Assembly: GCA_965230295.1 (NCBI GenBank)
Contig: OZ246001.1
Span: 2,880,001 to 2,944,000, forward strand
Length of the DNA: 64,000 nucleotides
From: Marinicella sp.
Lineage (GTDB): Bacteria; Pseudomonadota; Gammaproteobacteria; Xanthomonadales; Marinicellaceae
Direction: 5' to 3'
Made by a program: the position numbers and the translations under genes. The notes under the pieces were generated by a model that saw nothing but the letters and a program-made list of their open reading frames with translations, made no database searches and was not told where the DNA came from. Below, piece by piece: positions 40,533 through 53,300 of this stretch (position 1 is the first letter of the stretch; every line of letters starts with the position of its first letter).

Positions 40533-41275
40533 ACATCACTGAAAAAGACATCAAGACCATTTGGCGATCCCCCATCATCTGGTTGTTGTTGGCTGTTGTC
40601 AGTTTTATGAGTGCCTGGCTGTTTTGGCAGATGATAGATCGATATGCCAGTTTACAAACCAGTTTAATCAACCTGCCCAACCCGCCAACCATCACCCAAT
40701 CCTTGTGGCTGCCCTTTATATTGACTTTGGCAAAGTTTTTGATGCTGTTGGTGGCGTATACTGCGGGTGTCTCAATGGCCCAGGAGAGGTCACAACACAC
40801 CATGTGGTATTTGTTGATCAATCGGCAACAAACAATCACTGTAGTCACCGCGAAATTCAAAGCTCAGCTGATGATCATGGGTTTTGTGTTGTTACTATGC
40901 TTGATCACTGCCTTTTTGTTGGCTACTGGCGGTGCGGTTAATTGGTTGCAAATCATGGCAGGCATTTTGGGTTTGCTTTTGTTTGTAACCTGGTTGATTG
41001 CATTGGGGCTATTGGTTTCAAGTTATTGTCAATCTTCAGGTACCGCTGTGCTCATGAACGTGGTGCTCTTTATCTTCTTGTGGATGCTTGGTGGCGACGT
41101 CATCAGTCAGGATTATGGCTTGAATTGGTTAATTCTAGCCTCTCCGGCACACCACTTGCGGTGGTTTGGTGCTGGTGAAATTGGGATCAGTTCTTTGTGC
41201 TATTTTGTTTTGGGTGCGGTGATTTTTATTGGGTTAACAGCCCGTAAGTTAGAACAACTGAGGCGGGTTTTATGA
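40529..41275 (+). CDS. ABC-2 type permease (GldF-like)
   Basis: About 6 TM, KDIKTIWRSPIIW start, MAQERSQHT loop; ATGA-coupled to both neighbours. Confidence 0.8.
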   Translation: MNITEKDIKTIWRSPIIWLLLAVVSFMSAWLFWQMIDRYASLQTSLINLPNPPTITQSLWLPFILTLAKFLMLLVAYTAGVSMAQERSQHTMWYLLINRQQTITVVTAKFKAQLMIMGFVLLLCLITAFLLATGGAVNWLQIMAGILGLLLFVTWLIALGLLVSSYCQSSGTAVLMNVVLFIFLWMLGGDVISQDYGLNWLILASPAHHLRWFGAGEIGISSLCYFVLGAVIFIGLTARKLEQLRRVL

Positions 41276-42423
41276 GCAGGTTCTTGCTTCTTTTGGTTTG
41301 GATGTTTTTGGTGTTTCTGGCAGCAAGACTGATTCCCAATTGGCAACTGCGGCCAAGTTATGCAGACCTGTTGCCGACTTCTGCTCAACAAGTCTTGGCC
41401 CAACAGCCACCACTCTCTGTAGATGTTTTTGCTTTACCTGACTCGCCAGCGGCAAATTTGGTGGATAACTTTCTTGAACCTTTGATCTCTGGGTTATCAG
41501 AGGTAGAGGTGAATTACCTGGACGTCAGCAACAACCTTGAGCTGGTCAAGCAACACCAAATCAACAAGCAAGGTGAAATGCTGATCAGCAGTAAACAGGC
41601 CCATTTCAAGTTATCAACACTGTCATACGAAGCATTTTTCAATGGCTTAAAAAAAATGAGCCAACCACGGGACCAGTGGGTTGTTTTTCTTGAAAATATA
41701 GAGGGTAAACCTTTCAGTTCAGGCCAAGTTGGCAGCCTCAGTGATTGGTTAGCGGCCTTAAAGTCAGCCAACTACTCATCTATGGTGCTGTCATGGCATG
41801 AACAATTAGCCTTACCCCAACAAGCCAAACTGTTGATACTTGCTTCGCCATCAGCGCCTTTTGATCAAGCCAAAATGACTTGGTTGGAGGACCAAATTAA
41901 AGCTGGTAAAAGTGTGTTGTGGTTGACTGATCCGCAGACTGTGATTGTTCAACCTGAGCTGTCATTACTTTTTGATGTCATGAGGACAGATTCCTTTCAT
42001 GCTGGCCATTTGGTGGTGAAGGATTATCCAGAACATGGAATCAATCAGTTTTTTGATCGGCCGATTGACTTGGTTGATGTGGTGCCGTTTGAAACGGCCA
42101 ACGAATCCCTCTGGGTGAATGAACAAAAACAGACTTTAGCAGCTACCAATGAATTGGGTAACAGCCGCCTGATGGTTATTGGTGACAGTGATTTCTTAAG
42201 CAATGAGTTTTTGAGCAGTGGAGGCAACCTTGAAATGTCATTTCGATTGGTTGATTGGCTATTAAAACATGACAATCGGATAGATTTGCCCAGCATTGGT
42301 TTGGGCCAAACACAGCTGTTTTTCAGCCAATCAGAGGTGTTGTCATTTGCAGGAATTATGTTGGTATTGATTCCACTGTTATTTTTAATCCTGGGCGTTT
42401 ATCATTGGCGAAAAAACAAATGA
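41272..42423 (+). CDS. GldG-like ABC auxiliary protein (N- and C-terminal TM, periplasmic domain)
   Basis: LILASP..PF, GKSVLWLTDP, SRLMVIGDSDFLSN, GN...LVDWL, C-terminal TM followed by WRKNK. Confidence 0.78.
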   Translation: MSRFLLLLVWMFLVFLAARLIPNWQLRPSYADLLPTSAQQVLAQQPPLSVDVFALPDSPAANLVDNFLEPLISGLSEVEVNYLDVSNNLELVKQHQINKQGEMLISSKQAHFKLSTLSYEAFFNGLKKMSQPRDQWVVFLENIEGKPFSSGQVGSLSDWLAALKSANYSSMVLSWHEQLALPQQAKLLILASPSAPFDQAKMTWLEDQIKAGKSVLWLTDPQTVIVQPELSLLFDVMRTDSFHAGHLVVKDYPEHGINQFFDRPIDLVDVVPFETANESLWVNEQKQTLAATNELGNSRLMVIGDSDFLSNEFLSSGGNLEMSFRLVDWLLKHDNRIDLPSIGLGQTQLFFSQSEVLSFAGIMLVLIPLLFLILGVYHWRKNK

Positions 42424-42430
42424 GGTTTGT

Positions 42431-43066
42431 ATGGATATAGGGGATATCAGGAATGAGTATACAAAGCATGGATTGAGCCGTGCCGAATTACAAGATGATC
42501 CTTTTGAACAGTTCAACCTGTGGTTCGAACAAGCCAGACAGGCTGAAATTAAAGAAGTGAATGCGATGAGCATAGCCACAGTCAGATCAGATGGCATGCC
42601 GCAAGTCAGAACCGTGTTGTTGAAACTGTTTGATGCCAATGGTTTTGTGTTTTTTACCAATTACAACAGCGCCAAAGCCGTGGAAATTCAACACAACCCA
42701 AAAGCATCGGTTTTATTTCCTTGGTTGGACCTTGAACGACAAGTCAGAATCAGCGGGCGGGTTGAGAAGATTTCTAAAATGGAATCCTTCAAATATTTCA
42801 CATCAAGGCCCAGGGGGTCGCAATTGGGAGCCTGGATCTCTGAACAAAGTCAAGTTATCTCCAACAGAACAGTTTTAAAGACTTTGATGAGCCAGATCAA
42901 AGAAAAATTCAAAGAAGGTGAAGTGCCTTTACCTGATGCTTGGGGAGGGTATCGAATCATTCCTGAATCTTTCGAATTTTGGCAAGGGCGTGCCAATAGA
43001 CTACATGACAGATTTAAATACACCCGATCTGAAACAGGGTGGCACATCAACCGATTGGCTCCCTGA
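42431..43066 (+). CDS. pdxH: Pyridoxine/pyridoxamine 5'-phosphate oxidase
   Basis: RTVLLK, FFTNYNSAK, RQVRI, EFWQGRANRLHDR. Confidence 0.97.
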   Translation: MDIGDIRNEYTKHGLSRAELQDDPFEQFNLWFEQARQAEIKEVNAMSIATVRSDGMPQVRTVLLKLFDANGFVFFTNYNSAKAVEIQHNPKASVLFPWLDLERQVRISGRVEKISKMESFKYFTSRPRGSQLGAWISEQSQVISNRTVLKTLMSQIKEKFKEGEVPLPDAWGGYRIIPESFEFWQGRANRLHDRFKYTRSETGWHINRLAP

Positions 43067-43257
43067 TAGTTAATAGGATTGATTTTCGGATTGATTTTTT
43101 CCAATAGATTGATTGATCCATTTGGTTAAATTTAATATCAATCAATCAATTTATTCAGCCATATTCTCGAATATTCAACTGTTTATTCCTCAAGATTTGA
43201 TCAAAAATATTTACCTCACTGAATTCTAAATTCAATTAATTTTTATAGGGATTAACT

Positions 43258-44274
43258 ATGAGATTATTTATTTTCTGGGTGTGGGTAACTGTCATGTCTT
43301 TTTTGGTTGCAAAACCACATATTGCGTCAGCCAATAATGATGAATTCAATGACATGATTGTGGCCACTGAAAAAATTGATTTTTACAGTAATTATTGGAT
43401 TAATTTACATCATTATTTATTCAGGCTAGCTAAAAACAGCAGTCGCCAGACATCCTATTTATCTGAACTGCCATTGTTTAAGAACCTGAATGAACATGAG
43501 AGCAAAACACTCACAGAGGCAATTGACTACTATCAAACCCATTTGATTGGTAAGGATTTGCTGTTTAATCAGGACATGTTCAATATTAAGTTGGCTTTGA
43601 GTCAAAAACAAGCCAACCAATCTTTAAATTCGATTGTTAGTGATCAAGACTTGGTTGATCAATTGTCAGCTGCATCGCCAATCTATCAAAGTTATGTTTG
43701 GCCTCGGCATGATCAACAGAACCGAAATACTGTGAATAAATACATTGATTTAATAAAATCGAATGAAGTGGCATTTCTGCAAAAGTTGGAAGATCTTTCA
43801 GGTCAGTCCTGGCCCACAAATAGAATCCGCATTGATATGACATACTATGCTAACTGGGCTGAGGCATACACCACCATCAAACCAAAAATTCACGCAGTGA
43901 TCAGTTCGCTACACTACCAAGACAATCATGATTTTATTGAATTGTTGTGGCATGAATCCAGCCATGGAATTATTGCGCCGCAAGAATTTAACATGGCAAA
44001 AGAAATTAAGTACATTGCTGATCAATTAAAAGTTCAAGTTCCGAATCAATTGTGGCATGGAATTTTATTCTATCTTGCAGGTGCCACAACGAAAGAAATC
44101 TTACGCGATGAGGGCATCAAGTATGAGTTAATTATGGTGCGGAAGAACATCTTTAGCAGCCAAATTCCTTATTTGGTCAAGTACATGCAACCTTATGTTG
44201 ATGGACAAATATCTTTGCATGATGCCATAAAAGGGATTTTGATGGCCTATCAAACAGATACAAAGGATGGATAG
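43258..44274 (+). CDS. Exported hypothetical protein with an HExxH motif (possible zincin)
   Basis: Signal peptide; WINLHHYL; ELLWHESSHG followed by LWHGILFY. Confidence 0.65.
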   Translation: MRLFIFWVWVTVMSFLVAKPHIASANNDEFNDMIVATEKIDFYSNYWINLHHYLFRLAKNSSRQTSYLSELPLFKNLNEHESKTLTEAIDYYQTHLIGKDLLFNQDMFNIKLALSQKQANQSLNSIVSDQDLVDQLSAASPIYQSYVWPRHDQQNRNTVNKYIDLIKSNEVAFLQKLEDLSGQSWPTNRIRIDMTYYANWAEAYTTIKPKIHAVISSLHYQDNHDFIELLWHESSHGIIAPQEFNMAKEIKYIADQLKVQVPNQLWHGILFYLAGATTKEILRDEGIKYELIMVRKNIFSSQIPYLVKYMQPYVDGQISLHDAIKGILMAYQTDTKDG

Positions 44275-44306
44275 GAACGTCTTTGAGTTGAGGATGCATG
44301 TAGATT

Positions 44307-44345
44307 AAAAAAGGCCGGTTTGTACGTCGTCAACCCGGCCTTTTT
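44307..44345. terminator. Bidirectional rho-independent terminator
   Basis: AAAAAAGGCCGG...CCGGCCTTTTT between convergent genes. Confidence 0.85.
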
Positions 44346-44393
44346 CTAACGCCATTCTTAATTTCTATAAGCGTTTGAAGTTGTGATTTATCA

Positions 44394-47300
44394 TCAGTTC
44401 AAAAATGACTCCAATTGTCTGGTGGTGGAACCGATGGTTCCAGGTAAATCACATTCAAACGTATCCTTGAATACGAACTGGTAAATCAAATCGCTGTCTT
44501 CAGCAACATTGTTTAACAGGTTAACATCAGTGGTACCTGCTGGCATATCAACTGAACTTTGTACATCAATAAAATCAAACAGCGAACCAGTGACCGTTGA
44601 GTCAAACAAATAGACTAATTGAGAACCAACTGGCAAGTTAACCAACTCATTGACCACATCTCCAGTGCCTGCGTTATCGTCACAAGAAGCCCCTCCAGTT
44701 TCCATGCATATCCAATCAGGTGTACTGATGTTTGGACTTAAAGTTGCATTAATCAAAGCACCGTTGATGTCGATGTTACCTGAGTTATTGATGGTTAATT
44801 CATACAACAACTGTTCATTTTGATCCACACCTTTAACACAGTTGGTGAAGAATATGGTTAAATCAGGACGGTAAGCAACGGTTGCAGTGGCAGGCCCTGA
44901 TACATTATTCGCTGTGTCAGTTTGTGTGGCTGTTGCCGTTTCACCATCTACGGGTTCTGGGCTTAAGTCACAAGTCCAATTTCCACTGCCATCAACCAAA
45001 GCTGAACAACTGGCACCGGAAGTGGTGCTGACATTAACAGTGGCGCCAATTTCACCTGTACCAGAGACGGTTAAGCCATTACTCGGGTCGTTGATGGTTG
45101 GCGGATTGGGAACCGTATCATCAAATGTGAAGCTGGCAGGCGTGGTGTTGGTGTTGCCAGCAACGTCTTGTATGGTGGCAACCTCATCCCCATCAACACC
45201 ATTCTGTCCAGCAGTGGCGTTACAAATCACTACATTGCCAGATTCAAGTCCACAACTGTAGCCAGGTATGGTCAAAGTGGCATCCGTTTCAACACCTGTA
45301 CAAGTGGCTGTTACGGGTGTGCCATTTCCGGCAGGATCAGGTGTGACAGTACAAACTGGTGCAGCTGGTGGCGTGGTATCTATGCCACCAACTTCTGTGG
45401 TTGGAGGCGAGGTGTTGCCCGCTGGATCTGTTTGGTCAGCCGTGATGTCTTCGCCATCTACTGGAGGACCAACCAAGGTGCACGACCAGGTGCCATCAGG
45501 TTGAACCAATGCCATACAGGTGGATCCTGATGGGGTGGTGACAGTTACGGTTGCTCCAGGTTCACCTGTCCCGGTCACAGGTGCGCCATTGGTTGGAACA
45601 TTGATGACTGGAGCCAGAGGCGGTAATGTATCAACTTCGATAGTTACAGTACTGGCCGGTGATGTATTGCCCACCTCATCTGTGGCTGTGGCAGTCAACT
45701 GATTGGACCCATCTTGTAAGGCTGGGCTGATTTGACATGACCAATCTCCATTGACATCGGCTTGTACTGTACAGCTTTCACCCAAAGGTCCGGTCACATC
45801 CACTGTAGAAAATGGCTCAGCAGTACCAACTACCACTGGATCATTGATGTTAGTGATGGCCCCATCCAGAGGGGCAGTGATGACTGGTGCAGCCGGTGCT
45901 TGTGCATCTACAGTGACCTCAGTAGGCAAGGATGAGTTGCCGTTGTCATCGGTGACAAACACACTGAGCACATCGTTGTGTGCAGGTGCTGGGATCACTG
46001 GTGAACAAGAGAAGTTACCTGCTGCATCAGCTGTGGTGGTACACAGGACATTGCCCTGATTATCCAACACCGTGATGTCGCCATTGGGGATGGTGGTACC
46101 CGTAACAGGATCACCATCGGTTGGGTTCACTTGAGGTGCAGGAGGTGCTGTGACATTCGGATCAAACACCGTGGTGGTTACCGGCGGTGATGCCAACAAG
46201 CCAGATTGAGTGGCCGTTGCACTGATCACATTGCCAGTGGCCGGTACTGGTGATGGTGAGTCACACACCCAGTTACCTGAAGCATCGACCGTTACAGGTG
46301 CGTTGCTACAAGTGATGCCAGCCAAATCAATGGTTGAATCAGGTACCGCAGAACCGGTGATTTCAGTGGCACCATCGGCCACAGGATCAATGGTTGGGCT
46401 GACTGATTGGGTCGCTGAATCGGCCACTGTGGTGCTGGTTGGGCCAGACTCGTTACCCGCGGCATCGGTGGCCGTTGCCGTGATCAGGGTGCCCGGAACC
46501 AAAGGTGCAGAGGTGGTCACATCACAAGACCACACCCCGTTCACATCAGCAAACACAGGGGCGTTGTCACACACGATGCCACTCAAAGTGATCAGAGCAC
46601 CAGGTTCTGCCAAACCAGTGACTGGGTTGGTGTTTTCATCAACCGGATCAATGGTCGGTGCGGTTGGTGCGGTGGTATCCAACACCAATTCACCGGATGT
46701 GGCATCTGGAGGAGAGGTGTTGCCGGCCGCATCAGTGGCTGTGACTGTGACATCATTGACACCGTTCAGATCCAGGTTCAAAGTACCTGAGTCTGGAGTG
46801 GCAGAAGCCAGATCCAACGACCAGTTGCCTGAACCGTCGGCAGTGGTGGTGTAAGTCGCACCACCAACCACGATGGTCACGGTGCTATCAGCTTCGGCTG
46901 TACCGTTAAGCACTGGAGTCGGGTTGTTGGTGGTTTGTGAAACAACCGTTGGCGCAGCCGGTGCTTGTGCATCTACAGTGACCTCAGTAGGCAAGGATGA
47001 GTTGCCGTTGTCATCGGTGACAAACACACTGAGCACATCGTTGTGTGCAGGTGCTGGGATCACTGGTGAACAAGAGAAGTTACCTGCTGCATCAGCTGTG
47101 GTGGTACACAGGACATTGCCCTGATTATCCAACACCGTGATGTCGCCATTGGGGATGGTGGTACCCGTAACAGGATCACCATCGGTTGGGTTCACTTGAG
47201 GTGCAGGAGGTGCTGTGACATTCGGATCAAACACCGTGGTGGTTACCGGCGGTGATGCCAACAAGCCAGATTGAGTGGCCGTTGCACTGATCACATTGCC

Positions 47301-50300
47301 AGTGGCCGGTACTGGTGATGGTGAGTCACACACCCAGTTACCTGAAGCATCGGCCGTTACAGGTGCGTTGCTACAAGTGATGCCAGCCAAATCAATGGTT
47401 GAATCAGGTACCGCAGAACCGGTGATTTCAGTGGCACCATCGGCCACAGGATCAATGGTTGGGCTGACTGATTGGGTCGCTGAATCGGCCACTGTGGTGC
47501 TGGTTGGGCCAGACTCGTTACCCGCGGCATCGGTGGCCGTTGCCGTGATCAGGGTGCCCGGAACCAAAGGTGCAGAGGTGGTCACATCACAAGACCACAC
47601 CCCGTTCACATCAGCAAACACAGGGGCGTTGTCACACACGATGCCACTCAAAGTGATCAGAGCACCAGGTTCTGCCAAACCAGTGACTGGGTTGGTGTTT
47701 TCATCAACCGGATCAATGGTCGGTGCGGTTGGTGCGGTGGTATCCAACACCAATTCACCGGATGTGGCATCTGGAGGAGAGGTGTTGCCGGCCGCATCAG
47801 TGGCTGTGACTGTGACATCATTGACACCGTTCAGATCCAGGTTCAAAGTACCTGAGTCTGGAGTGGCAGAAGCCAGATCCAACGACCAGTTGCCTGAACC
47901 GTCGGCAGTGGTGGTGTAAGTCGCACCACCAACCACGATGGTCACGGTGCTATCAGCTTCGGCTGTACCGTTAAGCACTGGAGTCGGGTTGTTGGTGGTT
48001 TGTGAAACAACCGTTGGCGCAGCCGGTGCTTGTGCATCTACAGTGACCTCAGTAGGCAAGGATGAGTTGCCGTTGTCATCGGTGACAAACACACTGAGCA
48101 CATCGTTGTGTGCAGGTGCTGGGATCACTGGTGAACAAGAGAAGTTACCTGCTGCATCAGCTGTGGTGGCACACAGGACATTGCCCTGATTATCCAACAC
48201 CGTGATGTCGCCATTGGGGATGGTGGTACCCGTAACAGGATCACCATCGGTTGGGTTCACTTGAGGTGCAGGAGGTGCTGTGACATTCGGATCAAACACC
48301 GTGGTGGTTACCGGCGGTGATGCCAACAAGCCAGATTGAGTGGCCGTTGCACTGATCACATTGCCAGTGGCCGGTACTGGTGATGGTGAGTCACACACCC
48401 AGTTACCTGAAGCATCGGCCGTTACAGGTGCGTTGCTACAAGTGATGCCAGCCAAATCAATGGTTGAATCAGGTACCGCAGAACCGGTGATTTCAGTGGC
48501 ACCATCGGCCACAGGATCAATGGTTGGGCTGACTGATTGGGTCGCTGAATCGGCCACTGTGGTGCTGGTTGGGCCAGACTCGTTACCCGCGGCATCGGTG
48601 GCCGTTGCCGTGATCAGGGTGCCCGGAACCAAAGGTGCAGAGGTGGTCACATCACAAGACCACACCCCGTTCACATCAGCAAACACAGGGGCGTTGTCAC
48701 ACACGATGCCACTCAAAGTGATCAGAGCACCAGGTTCTGCCAAACCAGTGACTGGGTTGGTGTTTTCATCAACCGGATCAATGGTCGGTGCGGTTGGTGC
48801 GGTGGTATCCAACACCAATTCACCGGATGTGGCATCTGGAGGAGAGGTGTTGCCGGCCGCATCAGTGGCTGTGACTGTGACATCATTGACACCGTTCAGA
48901 TCCAGGTTCAAAGTACCTGAGTCTGGAGTGGCAGAAGCCAGATCCAACGACCAGTTGCCTGAACCGTCGGCAGTGGTGGTGTAAGTCGCACCACCAACCA
49001 CGATGGTCACGGTGCTATCAGCTTCGGCTGTACCGTTAAGCACTGGAGTCGGGTTGTTGGTGGTTTGTGAAACAACCGTTGGTGCAGCCGGTGCGCTCAA
49101 ATCAATGCCACCTGCAACTGTGGTTGGAGGAGACGTATTGCCTGCTGCATCTTCTTGGGTTGCAGTGATGTCTTCACCGTCCACAGGTGTTGGAGACAAG
49201 GTACAAGACCAAGTGCCATCCAGTTGAACTGTTGCTGTACAAGTGGCGCCCGATGGTGTGGTTACCGTAACGGTGGCACCTGGTTCGCCAGTACCGGTTA
49301 CCGGTGCACCTGTAGTAGGTGCATTGATCACCGGAGCTGGAGGTGCATCATTATCCAAAGTGAAGTTGGCAGGCGTGGTTGCTGTGTTACCAGCCGCATC
49401 AGTTGCGGTGGCCGTTTCATCACCGTCAACACCAGCTGTGCCGACAGTACCGGTACAAGACCAGTTACCAGAACCATTGTCGGTACAGGCATAGCCTGGA
49501 ATGGTTAATGTAGCACCGGCTTCAACGCCAGTACAGTTGGCTGTAACGGCTGTGCCGTTGTTGGCAGGATCTGGAGTTACGGTACAGGTTCCGATGGTGG
49601 GCGGGGTGTTATCTAAAGTAAATGTAGCAGGAGTGGTGGCAGTATTGCCAGCAGCATCTGTGGCCGTGGCGGTTTCATCACCGTCAACACCAGCCGTACC
49701 CACGGTACCGGTACAAGACCAGTTGCCTGAGCCGTTATCGGTACAGGCATAGCCTGGGATGGTTAATGTAGAACCGGCTTCAACACCCGTACAGTTGGCT
49801 GTAACGGCTGTGCCGTTGTTGGCAGGATCTGGAGTAACCGTACAAGTGCCAATCGAAGGAGGCGTATTATCCAGTGTGAAATTAGCTGGAGTGGTGGCTG
49901 TGTTGCCAGCGGCATCGGTAGCTGTGGCGGTTTCATCACCGTCAACACCAGCTGTGCCGACAGTACCGGTACAAGACCAGTTACCAGAACCATTGTCGGT
50001 ACAGGCATAGCCTGGAATGGTTAATGTAGCACCGGCTTCAACGCCAGTACAGTTGGCTGTAACGGCTGTGCCGTTGTTGGCAGGATCTGGAGTTACGGTA
50101 CAGGTTCCGATGGTGGGCGGGGTGTTATCTAAAGTAAATGTAGCAGGAGTGGTGGCAGTATTGCCAGCAGTATCTGTGGCCGTGGCCGTTTCATCACCGT
50201 CAACACCAGCTGTGCCCACGGTACCGGTACAAGACCAGTTGCCTGAGCCATTGTCGGTACAGGCATAGCCTGGAATGGTTAATGTAGCACCGGCTTCAAC

Positions 50301-53300
50301 GCCAGTACAGTTGGCTGTAACGGCTGTGCCGTTGTTGGCAGGATCTGGAGTAACCGTACAAGTTCCGATCGCTGGTGGCGTATTATCCAGTGTGAAATTA
50401 GCAGGAGTGGTGGCAGTATTGCCAGCAGTATCTGTGGCCGTGGCCGTTTCATCACCGTCAACACCAGCCGTACCCACGGTACCGGTACAAGACCAGTTGC
50501 CTGAGCCGTTATCGGTACAGGCATAGCCTGGAATGGTTAAGGTAGCACCGGCTTCCACACCGGTACAGTTGGCTGTAACAGCGGTGCCGTTGTTGGCAGG
50601 ATCTGGAGTTACGGTACAGGTTCCGATGGTGGGTGGGGTGTTGTCTAAGGTAAAGGTAGCAGGCGTTGTTGCTGTGTTGCCCGCGGCATCAGTTGCGGTG
50701 GCCGTTTCATCACCGTCAACACCAGCCGTACCCACGGTACCGGTACAAGACCAGTTGCCTGAGCCATTGTCGGTACAGGCATAGCCTGGGATGGTTAAGG
50801 TAGCACCACCTTCCACACCCGTACAGTTGGCCGTAACGGCAGTGCCATTATTGGCTGGGTCTGGAGTAACCGTACACGTACCAATCGAAGGCGGCGTGTT
50901 GTCCAATGTGAAATTAGCTGGAGTCGTTGCTGTGTTACCAGCCGCATCAGTTGCGGTGGCCGTTTCATCGCCATCAACACCAGCCGTACCCACGGTACCG
51001 GTACAAGACCAGTTGCCTGAGCCATTGTCGGTACAGGCATAGCCTGGAATGGTTAAGGTAGCACCCGCTTCAACACCCGTACAGTTGGCTGTAACAGCGG
51101 TGCCATTGTTGGCTGGATCTGGAGTTACGGTACACGTTCCAATCGCAGGAGGCGTATTATCCAGTGTGAAATTAGCAGGCGTTGTTGCTGTGTTGCCCGC
51201 GGCATCAGTTGCGGTGGCCGTTTCATCACCGTCAACACCAGCTGTGCCCACGGTACCGGTACAAGACCAGTTGCCTGAGCCGTTATCGGTACAGGCATAG
51301 CCTGGAATGGTTAAGGTAGCACCGGCTTCAACGCCAGTACAGTTGGCTGTAACGGCTGTGCCGTTGTTGGCAGGATCTGGAGTAACCGTACAAGTTCCGA
51401 TCGCAGGAGGCGTATTATCCAGTGTGAAATTAGCAGGCGTTGTTGCTGTGTTGCCCGCGGCATCAGTTGCGGTGGCCGTTTCATCGCCATCAACACCAGC
51501 CGTACCCACGGTACCGGTACAAGACCAGTTGCCTGAGCCATTGTCGGTACAGGCATAGCCTGGAATGGTTAAGGTAGCACCACCTTCCACACCCGTACAG
51601 TTGGCCGTAACGGCAGTGCCATTATTGGCTGGGTCTGGAGTAACCGTACACGTACCAATCGAAGGCGGCGTGTTGTCCAATGTGAAATTAGCTGGAGTCG
51701 TTGCTGTGTTACCAGCCGCATCAGTTGCGGTGGCCGTTTCATCGCCATCAACACCAGCCGTACCCACGGTACCGGTACAAGACCAGTTGCCTGAGCCATT
51801 GTCGGTACAGGCATAGCCTGGAATGGTTAAGGTAGCACCCGCTTCAACACCCGTACAGTTGGCTGTAACAGCGGTGCCATTGTTGGCTGGATCTGGAGTT
51901 ACGGTACAGGTTCCGATGGTGGGAGGTGTGATGTCATTAAGGGTTACCGTTGCCGTGTCTTGAAAGGTGAAATCAGTGGTGGGCAATTGGGTTGAGTTTG
52001 AGTTGATGGTGACAATATTGTCGATATCACCTGTGGGTGCTGCCGCATCAATTTGGGCTTGAAATCTCACCACAACTTGTTCACCTGGGGCAATTTCGCC
52101 ACCGTTGCTGTTATCAGCATTCAAACCGACTCGGAACACCACTTGATCGTTGCCGCTGTCATATTCAGCTGCATCATCACCAACTGTGTCAGTCAAACTA
52201 CCGGTTGGGCCGGCATCGGCGCTGACGATTTCCAATGAGTTTGGCACATAGGTCATGTTGGCAGGAATGGGGTCTGTAACAACGGTGTTGATGGCATCGT
52301 CGGAACCGTCATTGGTGAAACTGATGTCATAGGTGATCACATCGTTTCTGCCAATATCGCCGCCATTGTCATCGGTGGCGGTCTTTGTCAAAGATGAACT
52401 GAAGTCCGGTACATTGAGGTCGGTAACAAATGTTAAATAGTTCGGGTAATAGGAATCACCATTGGTCTGAAACTCAATGTTGGCTTCTATCTCTGAGTTG
52501 CCCCAAATGGCCAATGGAATGTCATGGAAATCTACGTCCATACCCAGTTGATTGACGTAGTTGGGCGTTTTGTTGGTGATTTGAGCGCCACTTTTGGTGA
52601 TCGAGCTGTTCCAAAAGTTATCAACTGGATTGATGCCAGTGGTGAACAAGTCAGTGCCTTCAAAACGGAATCGATCCCCTGAAATGTTTTGATCACCTTC
52701 CCAAACCAAGGCCCCGACAGATGCTGTGACGTCTCCTGATGCCGGTGTGAGCAATCCACCAATGGTCACTGCGACAGGCGTGGTACCCGTGACCCGTGCG
52801 GCCCCATCGTACAAAGCCAAGCGCCGGAATGGTAGTGTACTGTCTTCATAAACAACCACAATAGACCAGCCGCCATAAAATCCCAGCCCATCGGCACCGT
52901 TGTTGGCAGATAAACCACCAACGAAGTAAACACCTGAACCATTGGTTTGAACCATGGTGGTGATGTCTGCCCAGACTTGATAAGGTCTGTTGCCAGCAGA
53001 GCCTTGAGTTGAAAAATCATCTAAGTTGCCCGCGCCTACATTGATGCTGCTGTAACTACCGGCAAGTGGAGGCTTGATATTGATGGTACGTCGAGCGTTG
53101 GAACCACCACCACTGTCAGCAAATCGTCCACCCCAGTATAAACCGGCGTACAAGACATTACTGCCGGCTGGCAGCGTGAGGGTGGCGCTGGAGGAATTGG
53201 TAAAACCGCCAGGCACGTCTTCGTTGACATAGCGGGTTTGGATGTTGTTGTTGCCGTTAACGGTACCGCTTTGTCTATCGGCACAATCGGTTGTCGTTGC

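Noticed and set aside
44887-52238. Many repeated + strand ORFs (83 aa, 214 aa) as a tandem gene family
   Set aside because: Antisense shadows of the adhesin's intragenic repeats; the same applies to the minus-strand ORFs at 36688-38007.
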